NCBI GenBank assembly: GCA_964016885.1
Contig: OZ024742.1
Location: 149,296,001 to 149,360,000 of the forward strand
From: Eledone cirrhosa
Lineage: Eukaryota
DNA length: 64,000 nucleotides
Direction of reading: 5' to 3'
Both the position numbers and the translations under genes were made by a program. Of the stretch, positions 41,257 through 55,355 are shown in pieces; the first letter of the stretch is position 1; every line of letters starts with the position of its first letter. The notes under the pieces were generated by a model. The model saw only the letters and a program-made list of their open reading frames with translations. It searched no databases and was not told the DNA's origin.

Positions 41257-43066
41257 CTAAGAATGAAATGCCTGTGGGCCGTTACATGCTGGAACTGTTT
41301 CATCGACTGATCAACCAAGTCACCATAAGTATTATTGAACAACCACTGGGAAGTTATAAAATAAGTATAAAAGACGGGGTAGTTTGACCCACGTCGGTAC
41401 AAAAAACTCGAGGATGAATTGATACCAAGAGTGCTGACAAATACCTGTAGTTATCTAGATCTGGACAAAAAAGAACTTAACCAAGAATTGCAGTCTTATC
41501 CTAAAATTTCAATCACATTTCGAAAACTTTGAATGAAGAGTTTGCAAGAAACTCATTTTTAGAATCAGAACTACACAGTATCAAACTAATCTTGGTAGGT
41601 TTACGCTGCAATTCTCGTAAATCACGTAAAACGACTTTGTTTTGTTATTTTCATATCCCAAATAAATATTTATTGTACGCATCTCCATACTCGAATTTGT
41701 TTTTAGTTTATAAATATCATTTAATCACTCACGTCAGTAAGTTAAAAATAGAAAACCAAAAACAAAGAAAAAACATTATTACGCTCCATGTTATCAAATG
41801 ACATACTCGAAACTTTTATACTGCTGAGTACCAAAAAGCCCCCAAAATACTTGCTAAAGTCTCAGTAGATGATATTCCTATTTTTGTGAAAAACTCAACG
41901 GTTTACTAAACTGCTTGCTGTCTAGGTGATTTGCACTTCATAAAATACGCAGATTGTTTGTTTTATGGTTATAATTCCCCTATTATCTATATTACGTAAA
42001 AGTAATACATAAAATATAGAGCAAATGCAGCTTCGTATTTGCCTACGTAAAAGCAGTAATTTTATTTGATTTATTTGCTAAATTTTAGGATTAGGTGGAC
42101 CCTTTTACATGTTTTTTTTTTTCCGGTAGAGCTTTAATCTCAGTACTGCAATCTAACAAAACACCCCGAAATTAAGTGAGATGAATGTGTGTGTGGTACG
42201 GTAAATAAATATATACATTTACAGCAGATCCGAGCACAAAGAAACCAAACTTCCACTGTCATTGCCTCCGTCTCTCCCGCTCTCCCCAACTCACACTATT
42301 AGGAGCAAATGAGGGCTCACGAGCTGGCCGTCCCGCAGCCCCGGTAAATAATAGTCATTCTTTATACCTTCTCCTTTTTCTTTACTCTCAGATGAATGAC
42401 AAAACCTCTAAACTTCTCGCAGAAAATAAACTTATAGAAGTCTCCCATCGAACTCACCTGAATTATACGCAGTTAAAAGGCTCCACGAACGACACATTAC
42501 GATGCTGATGATGACATACGAACTCTCTATACGAACTATTCACTCTAATATTTTATGCGCATCGCATTCTACAACTTCCACGATCGTAGAAACAATATGA
42601 AAGATGTATGGTACCCGAGCTAAAAAAGGTTAGGGAAAATATGACAAAGAGAATAAGAGGGAGAAAGGGGGAGGTGGAGGAAAGAGAGTTGGGGGTGGAA
42701 AACAGAAGGTGAGAGAGGAAGAACGACAGTGAGGCACTGAGAATCAGGCAGCTAGAATTACTCGCTATGATGTATGTGTTACATGATATAGACTCGTAAT
42801 TTGCTACCCCACCGCCAATTATTGTGCACTCTTGGTTTATTGAATGAAGCTGCAGGAGTATGTCAGTAGTAAGGTGGACCAGAAACTATTCGTAATTGGT
42901 ACTTTTGTTACTAATTTTGTGAATTTGGTAGTATCGTTACTAATTTTTACGTAAAAATATTATTTCACAAACACACTTGTTTTATATGTAATGCATATAA
43001 CACGTACATAATTACATATATGATTGTATCTGTACACACACAAACACACACTCACAGGTGCACGCA

Positions 43067-43180
<114 letters not shown>

Positions 43181-43306
43181 TACACACACACATATGCGAT
43201 TATATATTTAAAAAAATGTAAGTCTGTCTTAAGTTCCTGTAACGCATGCGCAATCATAAACGAAATGCACCGAAACCTGTTACGAATCCTTCTTATTCTT
43301 ATCCTT

Positions 43307-43800
43307 TTATCCAACCATCTTGCTCGGGGTCTATCTCTGGGTTTCCTGCCGGCTAGTTTTGCCCGTAAAATCTGTTCAGCGATTCTTTCCTGAGACATCC
43401 TAACTACATGCCCATAATATTGAAGCTGTGTTCTCTCAAAGTAGCGGCTCTCACTGGAGCGACAATCTGATCTCCGAGCTACGCATATTATCAAGTAACC
43501 CTTCAGAGGAACCCCATTTCGGCCGCTTGTATTCGCGATCATACTCTTTGGGTCATTATCCAGGATTCACGACCATAGGTAAGAGTTGGCACGAATACCG
43601 AATTGAAGATAGCGAGTTTGGCTTTTACACCTACCTCCCTTCCGATTACCGAATGCTGAAGCTGACGCATTACTGTACCAGGTTTTGCAATTCTTGCACT
43701 TTATTCAGCCTCTTGCCTTCCATCACTCTTGAACACGACACCAAGATACTTTTACTTCTCCACCTGCTTAAGGGAACTCCATTCACATGGACTCAGGGCG
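43307..43800 (-). mobile_element. RTE/Rex3(Expander)-like LINE RT C-terminal fragment
   Basis: KAKLAIFNSVFVPTLTYGRESW..SRIQAAEMGFL and YGHVVRMSQER..GRKPRDRPRARWLD. Confidence 0.9.
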
Positions 43801-44194
43801 CAATCGACATGAGGTGATTCGAACAAAATACTTTTTCCTATAAATATGAAACACCCTAATTCACCCCCCACCCACACACACACATACACACACCCACACA
43901 TATACACACACACATACACAGAGACACACACTCGCACAAACATATATATACTTACATATATATCCAATCATATATGCATGTATATGTGTTTGTGTGCGTG
44001 CGTGTATGAATGAATATATATATACATATTGTTATACTTTGGGAGGGTCATGAAATTCAGAAACGATATATATATATTTATATATATATATGTAAGTATG
44101 TATGTATACGTACATACATATATGTATACAGCCGTTAATTTTCATAAGGAAAGTATATACTTTCGGACGTTCAACCATCTGGCAGAAAGGTATA

Positions 44195-44235
44195 CGGTGC
44201 TGACGATAGCTAATAAGCTTGAAACTAGTACATCG
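44195..44235 (+). ncRNA. Minimal type I hammerhead ribozyme (family D element, about 44130-44512)
   Basis: cggtg-CTGACGA-t-agc-taataa-gct-t-GAAAC-ta-GTA-catcg; stem III palindrome ACTAGT. Confidence 0.8.
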
Positions 44236-44510
44236 TTCCTGTGTCAGTGTTGAACAAAAAGGTGACGTGGTTGCCTAAACACTGTACGGCGTAATTCAGG
44301 CTGTTTGTTTGTTTACAAACAAACAAACCGAACATTATAATAAATGTTCGGTAAACTGATACGTGCATATATATATGTGCGCCTGTATGTATATATATAC
44401 ATGCTACTGTACGTCTGTATACATATATGTATGTACGTATACATACATACTTACATTTAAGTAAGTGCCGTACTAAGAGTGAGAAATGAAATTTCGTTTC
44501 ATTCTATTCC

Positions 44511-44862
<352 letters not shown>

Positions 44863-45070
44863 AAAAGAAAATTTCGCTCTACATGGCGAATACAATAAAT
44901 GTAATTTGAGATTTTCGAATATTAATATGCAAACAAGCCTCAATTTTATAGCCATGTCAGTAGAATGAACACTTCATTCTTACTCTTATGTTGGCATGCG
45001 AACAGAACTGCAGCCACTAATACCCAGAAATATTAGTGTCTACAGTTCTGTTCTCTCTCTCTCTCTCTCT

Positions 45071-45126
<56 letters not shown>

Positions 45127-45159
45127 ATATATATATATATATATGAATGTATGTATGTA

Positions 45160-45757
45160 TGTCAGGTCACCAGTTGGTGCTACTGGTAACATGTATCCTA
45201 GTACAACCTGTCTCATGGTCGGGTCGTTGGCGACTAAACTGGCAACCCCACCAAGGTTTCTTGGTGAGGAGGGTGACTTTGGACATCCTGCAGGACTAAA
45301 AACAAAACCTGTCAAAGGGCAAAGGAACTCTTAAGAGTCAATGGCCATCCAAAATCACCGGGAGAGATGACCCCTTAGCCTTTGTCAAGGCAGAATTCTA
45401 GGAGAAGGAAAACTCTGATATAACACCTGCAAACCCGATGGTATCCAATGATGTTGACATGTTCTTCTTTTTGGTAAAGAGAATGGGACTGGCTTTGTGC
45501 AGTGCCTTTGCTCACTATAAAAGCTTCACGGCACAGGCATTGCTTTATATCTGGAGATCTCTCTGCACTTGTCGTCACATGGTACCATGGGCCCAGCACT
45601 ATGTGTCAATAATTGTCACAAGTGTAGTGTTTGTACCAGAGTTTTCAAGTCGCTGGCTGGACTAAAAAGTCACACTCGTTCAGCGCATCGGTAGGAGTTC
45701 TCCTACATGGATATAAAGTAGTGGCTGTACTCGAAAACGAGTTGGCAGCCACCATGT
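45160..45757 (+). mobile_element. Family C repeat copy
   Basis: Near-identical to 4617-5222. Confidence 0.8.
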
Positions 45758-45848
45758 ATATATATATATATATATATATATATTTCGTTTCTGAATTTGT
45801 TTAGCAAGATTCTTTATTCTTATTGGTAACATGACCCTCCCAAAGTAT

Positions 45849-45906
<58 letters not shown>

Positions 45907-46129
45907 GTATCCACTATAAACCTAATTAAATATTCTAAATAGCAACTCACTATAATTCCGTATAGAATAACATTTATTAGTACCTCTTTCCCCTAATTAT
46001 ATGCTTTCATGCTTATTTTTGCCTTTAATGTTTTAGCTTCCTTAGATTTATGCGTTAATAACTAAAGGCAACAAGATACACAGCCACCCGTAATTGCATG
46101 AGTAAAAATATACATCTATGCATGATATG

Positions 46130-46159
46130 GAAATATATTTATGTGTGTATATGTTTGTG

Positions 46160-46235
<76 letters not shown>

Positions 46236-46331
46236 TATGTATGTGTATATGTGTATATATGTATATGCTTGTATATGTATATGTATATGTATGTGTGTAT
46301 GTATATGTATGTGTATGTATGTGTATATATG

Positions 46332-46391
<60 letters not shown>

Positions 46392-46457
46392 TATATATAT
46401 ATATATGGGTGTGTATATATATGTGTATATATATATATGTATTTGTGTATGTATATG

Positions 46458-46490
<33 letters not shown>

Positions 46491-46526
46491 TGTATATGTA
46501 TATATATATATGTATACATATATATG

Positions 46527-46558
<32 letters not shown>

Positions 46559-46760
46559 TATGTATATGTGTGTATGTATGTATGTATGTATGTATGTATG
46601 TATGTATGTATGTATGTATGCGTATGTGTACATGTATGTACATGTATGTATGAATGTATGAGTGTGTATATATATATATATATATGTATGTGTATGTGTA
46701 TGTGTGGATATAGATATGTATGGATATGTATATATATATGATTATATGCATGCGTGTGGA
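46130..46760. repeat. Compound (TA)n/(TG)n/(TATG)n microsatellite
   Basis: Seen directly. Confidence 0.95.
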
Positions 46761-47420
46761 TGTGTATTTAGGTTTGCATCTATTTGTACGTACGTATATT
46801 TTGGTTAGATATCAATATAACTGTACCTCTCTATATATATAGTGTGAATATGTGCACTTTGTAGACTATGAAATTTATGTGTTTTAACTATGCCAACATG
46901 TATTTATCTGAGTTTGATTGTTTATGCATAAACATACTTAGCAATATTTTAGAGCGTATAATATGTAATATGTTATATTATACTGAGTGCAATTTACTAC
47001 ACCGTACTATATTCTGTTGGTTAAGTTGTATATTATCGCATTACTATATCTCATTATCTCATTATAATTTTCATCTTTTAGTATACTATCTTTCCTAGCC
47101 ATAACATTAATTTATATTCACCTTAAAACTCAATACAACACTAATCACCATTTATTTTGACATTCCTTTTAAATTCACTATACAAGATACATTCAACTAT
47201 CAGTTTGACAATCCCCTTCCTTCCTAATAGATTTTTATGCCATTTCTACTAACACCTTTCAACCATTCCTTTCAAAGGGTCATGACTCAACTAAATTGTA
47301 TTACTTTTCATCTTAACACCATATGAAAAAAAACAATTTGATTCGTTAGTTCTTCAACTACCTCCAAATATGGACATGATACTAATTCTGACTAAAATTA
47401 TTATTGAATAAAATTATTAT

Positions 47421-47552
47421 TGCTTTTGAAAACAGCTGGTGATATGCATGTAAGTAAATATTCTCTCTATCTGATAGTTTGTAAACTTACATAGATCAAT
47501 AACTGAGTATAGATACAATGTACTATCATCATCTAGAAACGATCGTAAAGCA
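47421..47552 (+). ncRNA. Type I hammerhead fold, U3:A8 core, about 100-nt stem II domain
   Basis: tgctt-TTGAAAA-[tggtgata..atgtaagt/acttacat..tatcatca]-GAAAC-gatc-GTA-aagca; stem III palindrome ACGATCGT. Confidence 0.65.
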
Positions 47553-47597
47553 GTGAAGTATATCTCTAAGGACTTGATTTTTTATTTCATTTGTTTT

Positions 47598-47641
<44 letters not shown>

Positions 47642-47667
47642 ATATTTATCTTATGTTGTTTATTACA

Positions 47668-47721
<54 letters not shown>

Positions 47722-48706
47722 TGTAATAAACAACATAAGATAATTATTTCATTTACCAATGGTTTCTTGAAAGCAGATATTGTATCTGTTTTCAGTCGAC
47801 AGAACGAATAAAAAACATGTTTTTATTAAATATGGATTTGAAAACAAAATTTAAGAAATATGAAAGTGGGGCTGAGAAAAAAAACGGGCGAAAAAGAAGA
47901 GGGGAAAAAATATATATAAGCAATAAATATCCAGAACGTAAACATACACACACTAAACCACGCGCATATACTTAAAAAGTACGAAGACGTATACTTTTTC
48001 ACATAAGCGTATTAGCGTCTACAGACAAGGACTTAAATACATACACATACATATACAAGAAGTAATAAATAAATAAAAACTAAAAATATACAAAGTCAAA
48101 AACAAAATAAAGACAAAAAGGAGACGTGTTGACAACGATAAGTATGAGTGTGTGGGGGGAGGGGAGGAATAAAACAACTTAAAAATAAAGAAATATACGA
48201 GATGTGCATATACATAAATATATATATATATACACATACATACATACACACACGCACACACATATACAAGCACAGATAATCATACACACGTATACAAACA
48301 CACACACATATGCATGTGTATATATATATACAAAAATATAAAATAAACATACGTACACATACACATACACATGCGAGCAAAAAGCACACGCATACACACG
48401 TATATATAAACATGCATACAACCATATTACACACACATCCATATACATACACATACAATTCTACAATAAAGAGCATTGGTTCATAACCTACGTACATAGT
48501 ATACAAATGCGTGCGCGCGCACGCACGTACGGAGAAATCAACACACGCATACAAAGAACCCATACGTAAATCCATACACACATAATAACCCATATATACG
48601 AAAGCATATATACAGCCGCATACACACACATACATATAACCATATGTAAATATAATATAAACATATACAAACACATACACACACATATATATATATACAC
48701 ACAAAT

Positions 48707-48750
<44 letters not shown>

Positions 48751-49139
48751 GCACACACACACACACACATACACACACACATACAATTAAATAATCAAAA
48801 TACTATAAATGTCTGTACACATAAGCCTGTCTGCATATGCGCCCGCACACAACCCTATGTGAGTACATTAAAAAACCTAGTGGGTAAGTAAGGACAAAAG
48901 GGGAGTAAAATTGAAATAAAATAATAAACATAATTAAGAACAGGTAAGGAAAAAAAGTGTTGTAAAAGGTTTGTGATGAGATCTAGATAAGAGTATCTGG
49001 TTAAAAAGTGAACTGAGTAAAGGATAAAGGTGGTGGGTGTGTATGTGTAAAAGGTAAGGTAGAAAGTAGGGGGGATTATAAGTCAACTGAAGAAAATGAT
49101 AAAAATAAAAATAAAAATAAAAATAAAAATAAAAAAAAA

Positions 49140-49172
<33 letters not shown>

Positions 49173-49427
49173 ATAATAATAAAAAATAATAAAAATAAAA
49201 AAAAAATAAAAAAAAAATAAATAAATAAAAAATAAAAAAAAATAAAAATAAAAATAAAAATAAAAATAAAAATAAAAATAAAAATAAAAATAAAAAGATA
49301 AAAATAAAGAGATATATAGAAGGAGATGAGTGGGGAAAATTATATGTGGGTAGAAAGTTTGAGATCATAAGGTAATAGTAATCATTGTGAGTGGAATGCG
49401 TGATAAGTAAAGAAGAAGCTCAAGGTG

Positions 49428-49940
49428 GTTGAGTAATCGTAGGAATGTTAATCCAGTTAAAAAGTAGATGCGATTTCAGATGCGGACAACATCTGAAGAT
49501 CTCGGTCTTAGAGTTGAGGCAAGTGGAAGGGGCTTTCAAGTTTTGGAGGATTCTAAATTTTTCCGTGGTGCACAAAGAACATTTCTTTGTGCCCCTTTGG
49601 TATTCTCTTGAATGGTCTAAAATAGACCAATCAATAGTGTACGGAATGTTTTTGTCTTTGAACTCTCACACTTTATTTGCCAGCGCCGTTGCTGTTCTTT
49701 TTTCAGGGTGTTTGAAAGAAGCGACATGTGCATAATACCTGGTTTTGAATCTGTCCTGAGTCATGCCAACATATCGTTTACTTCTGGTTGGCTGGTTATT
49801 TATCATCAGGGTCAATTTGGCCTCATCTCATACACAATAGATTTGGTATTACATTTACCCTGTAATGGGCATTCTTCCGGCTTCCTGCAACTGCATAATG
49901 GATTTACTCTCGTACGATTAGAGTTGGTAATTTTAGTCTT
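49428..49940 (-). pseudogene. Penelope-like GIY-YIG endonuclease domain, disabled
   Basis: CSCRKPEECPLQGKCNTKSIVYE, then after a 5-nt atgag duplication AKLTL..KRYVGMTQDRFKTRYYAH..KCSLCTTEKFRI..LNSKTEIFRCCPH; one in-frame TGA. Confidence 0.92.
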
Positions 49941-50669
49941 ATACGTATGTACGTAGGTTATGAACCAATACTCTTTATTGTAGACTTTTATGTGTATGTA
50001 TGTGGATGTGTGTGTAATATGGTTGTATGCATGTTTATATATACGTGTGTATGCGTGTGGTTGTGTATGTGTATATGTTTTTTTGCTCGCATGTGTATGT
50101 GTACGTATGTTTATATTATATTTTTGTGTATATATATATATATATATACACATGCATATGTGTGTGTGTTTTTATACGTGTGTATGATTATCTGTGCTTG
50201 TATATGTGTGTGTGCGTGTGTGTATGTATGTGTATATTTATATATATATATATATATTTATGTAAATGCACATCTCGTGTATTTCTTTATTTTTAAGTTG
50301 TTTTTAATCCCCCCTCCCCCCACACACTCATACTTATCGTTGTCAACACGTTTCCTTTTTGTCTTTATTTTGTTTTTGACTTTGTATATTTTTAGTTTTT
50401 ATTTATTTATTACTTCTTGTATATGTATGTGTATGTATTTAAGTCCCAGTCTGTAGACGATAATACGCTTATGTGAAAAAGTATACGTCTTCGTACTTTT
50501 TAAGTATATGCGCGTGGTTTAGTGTGTGTATGTTTACGTTCTGGATATTTATTGCTTATATATATTTTTTCCCCTCTTCTTTTTCGCCCGTTCTTTTCTC
50601 AGCCCCACTTTCATATTTCTTAAATTTTGTTTTCAAATCTATATTTAATAAAAACACCATGTTTTTTTA

Positions 50670-50730
50670 TTCATTCTGACGACTGAAAACAGATACAATA
50701 TCTGCTTTCAAGAAACCACTGGTATATGAA
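50670..50730 (+). ncRNA. Type I hammerhead ribozyme in the PLE pseudo-LTR (mirror copy about 47748-47808 minus, with A6 mutated)
   Basis: ttcat(t)-CTGACGA-c-tgaaa-a-cagata-caa-tatctg-c-tttca-a-GAAAC-cactg-GTA-(t)atgaa. Confidence 0.8.
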
Positions 50731-50830
50731 ATAATTATCTTATGTTGTTTATTACATAACCAATAAGCTCTGTAGCCTACATAGAGCACTCCTTTTTCCT
50801 GTACCTTTCCGACGGAATTACTTCATTCAT

Positions 50831-50874
<44 letters not shown>

Positions 50875-50877
<3 letters not shown>

Positions 50878-51499
50878 TATGTAACCCATTAGCAACCACG
50901 CAGCACGTTTATTCTCATATTTACACATATTTTTTGACCCGTCTATTTCGTTCTTACTGCTTCCTCTTGCTCTGTATCTTTACTCTCTTTAACAGTCACC
51001 CTCTCTGTTAGCCTCTTCCTCGCCCTTCACTCACTCACTCTCTGATACTACCTCTCCTCCTCCTCCTTCTTCCCGTTTGACCTGTGCGTAATTCTTTTCT
51101 TTCGCACCCTTGGTCAGGCAGGTCGCTTTTTTTCTCTCTCTCATCTACGATTTCACAGAACTTACGTTCACCGAATTCACAGACTAGATCCCTTCTTCCT
51201 CCTGTTAGACCTGTACGGAATTCCTTCCTTGCTCACATTCCAACCAGGTTTGATGGTCTTTATTCTCTCTCGTTCACGATTTCACCGAACTTATATTCAT
51301 GGAAATTTGGGACTTGACTCCTTCTTCCTCACTTTTCGTTGCTTCACCATCTTTGTTTGTTTACACTCTCGTGTCCCCTTTATTTACGTGTCCCAACGAC
51401 TTTTTTTAGCCGTTGCTTGCACCAACCGGAGGTATATGGTCTTTAAAGCGATGAAATACCAATGATGGTTGGAAGATCACTGATGAAGGACTAACTTTA

Positions 51500-51503
<4 letters not shown>
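50875..51503 (+). mobile_element. Probable PLE UTR-like fragment in (TA)n, ending just after a CTGATGA core
   Basis: Pyrimidine-rich; 5' end similar to 56463-56495; ends cactgatgaaggactaacttt. Confidence 0.45.
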
Positions 51504-51560
<57 letters not shown>

Positions 51561-51564
<4 letters not shown>

Positions 51565-52294
51565 ATCAAAGTTCTGTTCAAATCATTTATATGCTTACAA
51601 TTGTTTCCTCCAAACCGAGGTTTGTAGCTACACATTTTTAATATTTATAATATTTCTCTACACACATGCTTCTATAACATTCATATAAAAGATACACTAC
51701 CAGTACAGCACCCTTAATAATCTTGTTTACCCGCTTATAGTGCTTGTTTTACTTGTAACACCCTGCCGCACTATAATATTTATAAATAAAACACACGTGC
51801 TTGCCACACGTATAACTATTGCACGCACTTACTGCTTTTGACTATCCTATCGCATTAATTTCATGTTGTATTTTAACATTAATTTTAATTTTATCCTCCT
51901 TTGATATGAATGTAATCTTTAAATGTATACTGCCACGCTAAATGTTATAATAGATGTCGACCCACCAAACAACAATATATGCATATGCAACTGTATGTCT
52001 CTTGGGTTGAAGAGGAGGTCATATATGTGATCATTCATTAATAAATTGCTCCGAAGAATCCAAACCTCGGTTTGGAGGAAACAATTGTAAGCATATAAAG
52101 GATTTGAACAGAACTTTGATTATTATAACTTATATATAACTGCTCTGTAAAACAACTGATGTTATTACATTGAGCTATTTATCTTACTGGTAATAAGGTA
52201 ATAATATATTACTGCCTATCACTATTTAGGGTTTGTAAAAATATATATAACTACAAAAGGTTTTTGTATATGCATAACCATAAATAGTACCCTT

Positions 52295-52297
<3 letters not shown>
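51561..52297 (+). mobile_element. Fold-back PLE-like insertion in (TA)n (arms about 51561-51623 and 52061-52124) with tail
   Basis: Inverted repeat seen directly; hammerhead at the start of the right arm. Confidence 0.8.
52047..52093 (+). ncRNA. Minimal type I hammerhead (U4C variant)
   Basis: tgct-CCGAAGA-a-tccaaacc-tc-ggtttgga-g-GAAAC-aatt-GTA-agca; stem III palindrome ACAATTGT. Confidence 0.75.
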
Positions 52298-52350
<53 letters not shown>

Positions 52351-52353
<3 letters not shown>

Positions 52354-52541
52354 AAAAGAGTCAGGACCCCGACGGCTGAGTCCAGCCGTTTCGACAGCTA
52401 GTTCGGATCTAGCTGTCGGAACGGCCGGAGTTCAGCTATTGGGGTCCGGACTCTTTTCCTATTACCCACTCTACTACCCTAAGTATCGAGTACTCTCGTG
52501 CGTTATGGTCCGCCTGGTTTCTTACCACAATTTCTTTGTTA
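52351..52541 (+). mobile_element. Fold-back element family B, diverged copy
   Basis: Imperfect hairpin plus shared tail. Confidence 0.75.
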
Positions 52542-52564
52542 TATATATATGTGTGTGTGTGTGT

Positions 52565-53417
<853 letters not shown>

Positions 53418-53586
53418 AATAAAGATTCAGCGAGAATAGCATTTTCGATTATATTTCGATATATATATATGTGTGTATAATGTATAGGTTCCCAAGTTGT
53501 GTCGGGGATGGGGATGGCCACAGTTAAAAAATGTACTCAATATATTGATAGAGTATAGGCATCTTTATTGTGTATAGAAATGACTC

Positions 53587-53632
53587 CTACATGACTAAAA
53601 CTGTTTCATTCGTATGGAATCATCAGTTGTAG
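53587..53632 (-). ncRNA. Minimal hammerhead-like fold
   Basis: ctaca-a-CTGATGA-ttc-catac-gaa-t-GAAAC-agtttta-GTC-a-tgtag; related degenerate copies at 18611 and 39617. Confidence 0.55.
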
Positions 53633-53663
53633 TCCCCCCCCCCATCTATCTCTCTCTCTTTCT

Positions 53664-53752
<89 letters not shown>

Positions 53753-54442
53753 TACATATATATACATATATACATATATACATATATATTCAATTAGTTA
53801 CAATGGTGACATATACAGGTTCTCAAGGTACGTTGGGTTATTCACCATAACTCATTCAGCCTGCCATATAATTAAAAATGGCTTCCCACTAAGGAGATTT
53901 TAGTAAGTATAGGAAAGTTTTAAGGGTAGGTAATCCCGAATTTATCTACAAATAGACAAATCTCTTGCTGTAGTTGGTGGATATATCAGGTTATTTAAGT
54001 CTGTAGACGAGTTATGATATATATAATCAATTTACACTACAAAGAATACAAAGAACAACGATTATCTCTCTCTCTATAAAATTATGTCTCTCTGTCTCGA
54101 CCAAATCAAATCAAATTTTACAAGGTATTAGACCCCAGGCTGAACAACATGTAATTTTTATTTTCATTTGGATTAAAACAATATAATATTTTATCTAAAA
54201 TATTCTATTATAAGTAAACGACATTGGGGCACTTCTTTTCATGAAACTCCCGTTTGGGTTGTTAGAGGTTGGCAGGTCTGTATAAGGGACAAATAAAGTT
54301 TAGTATTTTGCTCTTAGAAGTACGACGACGACATCACATTTTATATATGAGTGTGTAACAGCATTCTAATAAATATTGCCTGTACAGGTAATCAAAGGAT
54401 GTAAAGATTCGTTTGGGACACCCTGTATATATATATATATAT

Positions 54443-54553
<111 letters not shown>

Positions 54554-54629
54554 ATTGGTGTTGGATGCTTAAAGCGTCCGTATGAGGTAGGCCGTATGAG
54601 CACTCGATGCTCTCATAGAGCAGAGTATG

Positions 54630-54938
54630 ATATCACAGAAAAAAAGAGAATCAGTGTTTCGACGAATAGAATTTATTGGACATATTACAATCGTTTCTCT
54701 GGCGACCAGCTCGAGGCACGATCGATGTGATGATCGGACCTGACTCTGAAAATCGCAAGGTCCTCAGATACGTCTTGATTCTACGAAGCAGATTTTCCTA
54801 TAGGAAAATCTGCTTCGTTTCAGAGTCAGGTCCGATCATCACATCGATCGTACCTCGAGCTGGTCGCCAGAGAAACGATTGTAATATGTCCAATAAATTC
54901 CATTTGTCGCAACACTGATTCTCTTTTTTTCTGTGATA
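54630..54938. mobile_element. Fold-back insertion with about 120-bp arms and an inner 36-bp perfect palindrome
   Basis: Arms about 54630-54751 and 54818-54938; acgaagcagattttcctataggaaaatctgcttcgt. Confidence 0.8.
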
Positions 54939-55106
54939 TATATATATGTATATGTATATATATATGTATATGTATATATATATGTATATGTATATATATA
55001 TGTATATGTATATATATATGTATATGTATATATATATATATGTTTGTTTTGAAACAGCGAGCGAGTTTGAAATTAGAAATAGAAGCGTTCACTGTATTTT
55101 TTGACT

Positions 55107-55223
55107 AAAGAAATTTTAGCCTGATAGTGGAACACTCTAAGAAATGGAAAAAGATGAGTTCGTCAATCATCTTTTTACATTTCTTAGAGGGTTCTAAACC
55201 CCACTATCAGGCTAAAATTTCTT
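55107..55223. repeat. Imperfect hairpin of about 115 bp
   Basis: aaagaaattttagcctgatagtgg / ccactatcaggctaaaatttcttt with inner paired segments. Confidence 0.75.
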
Positions 55224-55355
55224 TATATTATATATATATACATACATATATATTTGTATATCCAAATTTAAATTAAGGGTGTCATGTCAGAGAGACATGC
55301 ACCATATCCACTGTAGAATATGCTCCAAGATTCCAATGAATAGATCCGAGCATTT

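Larger units (their letters stand above)
47718..50830 (-). mobile_element. 5'-truncated Penelope-like retroelement with about 0.8-kb inverted pseudo-LTR (arms 47718-48498 and 49946-50760) and tail
   Basis: Long inverted repeat flanking a GIY-YIG remnant; hammerhead fold in each arm; inserted in (TA)n. Confidence 0.92.

Noticed and set aside
49664-49668. In-frame TGA in the GIY-YIG remnant as selenocysteine
   Set aside because: Falls where related PLE proteins usually have Trp (TGG to TGA), and the copy also has a frameshift, so decay is the simpler explanation
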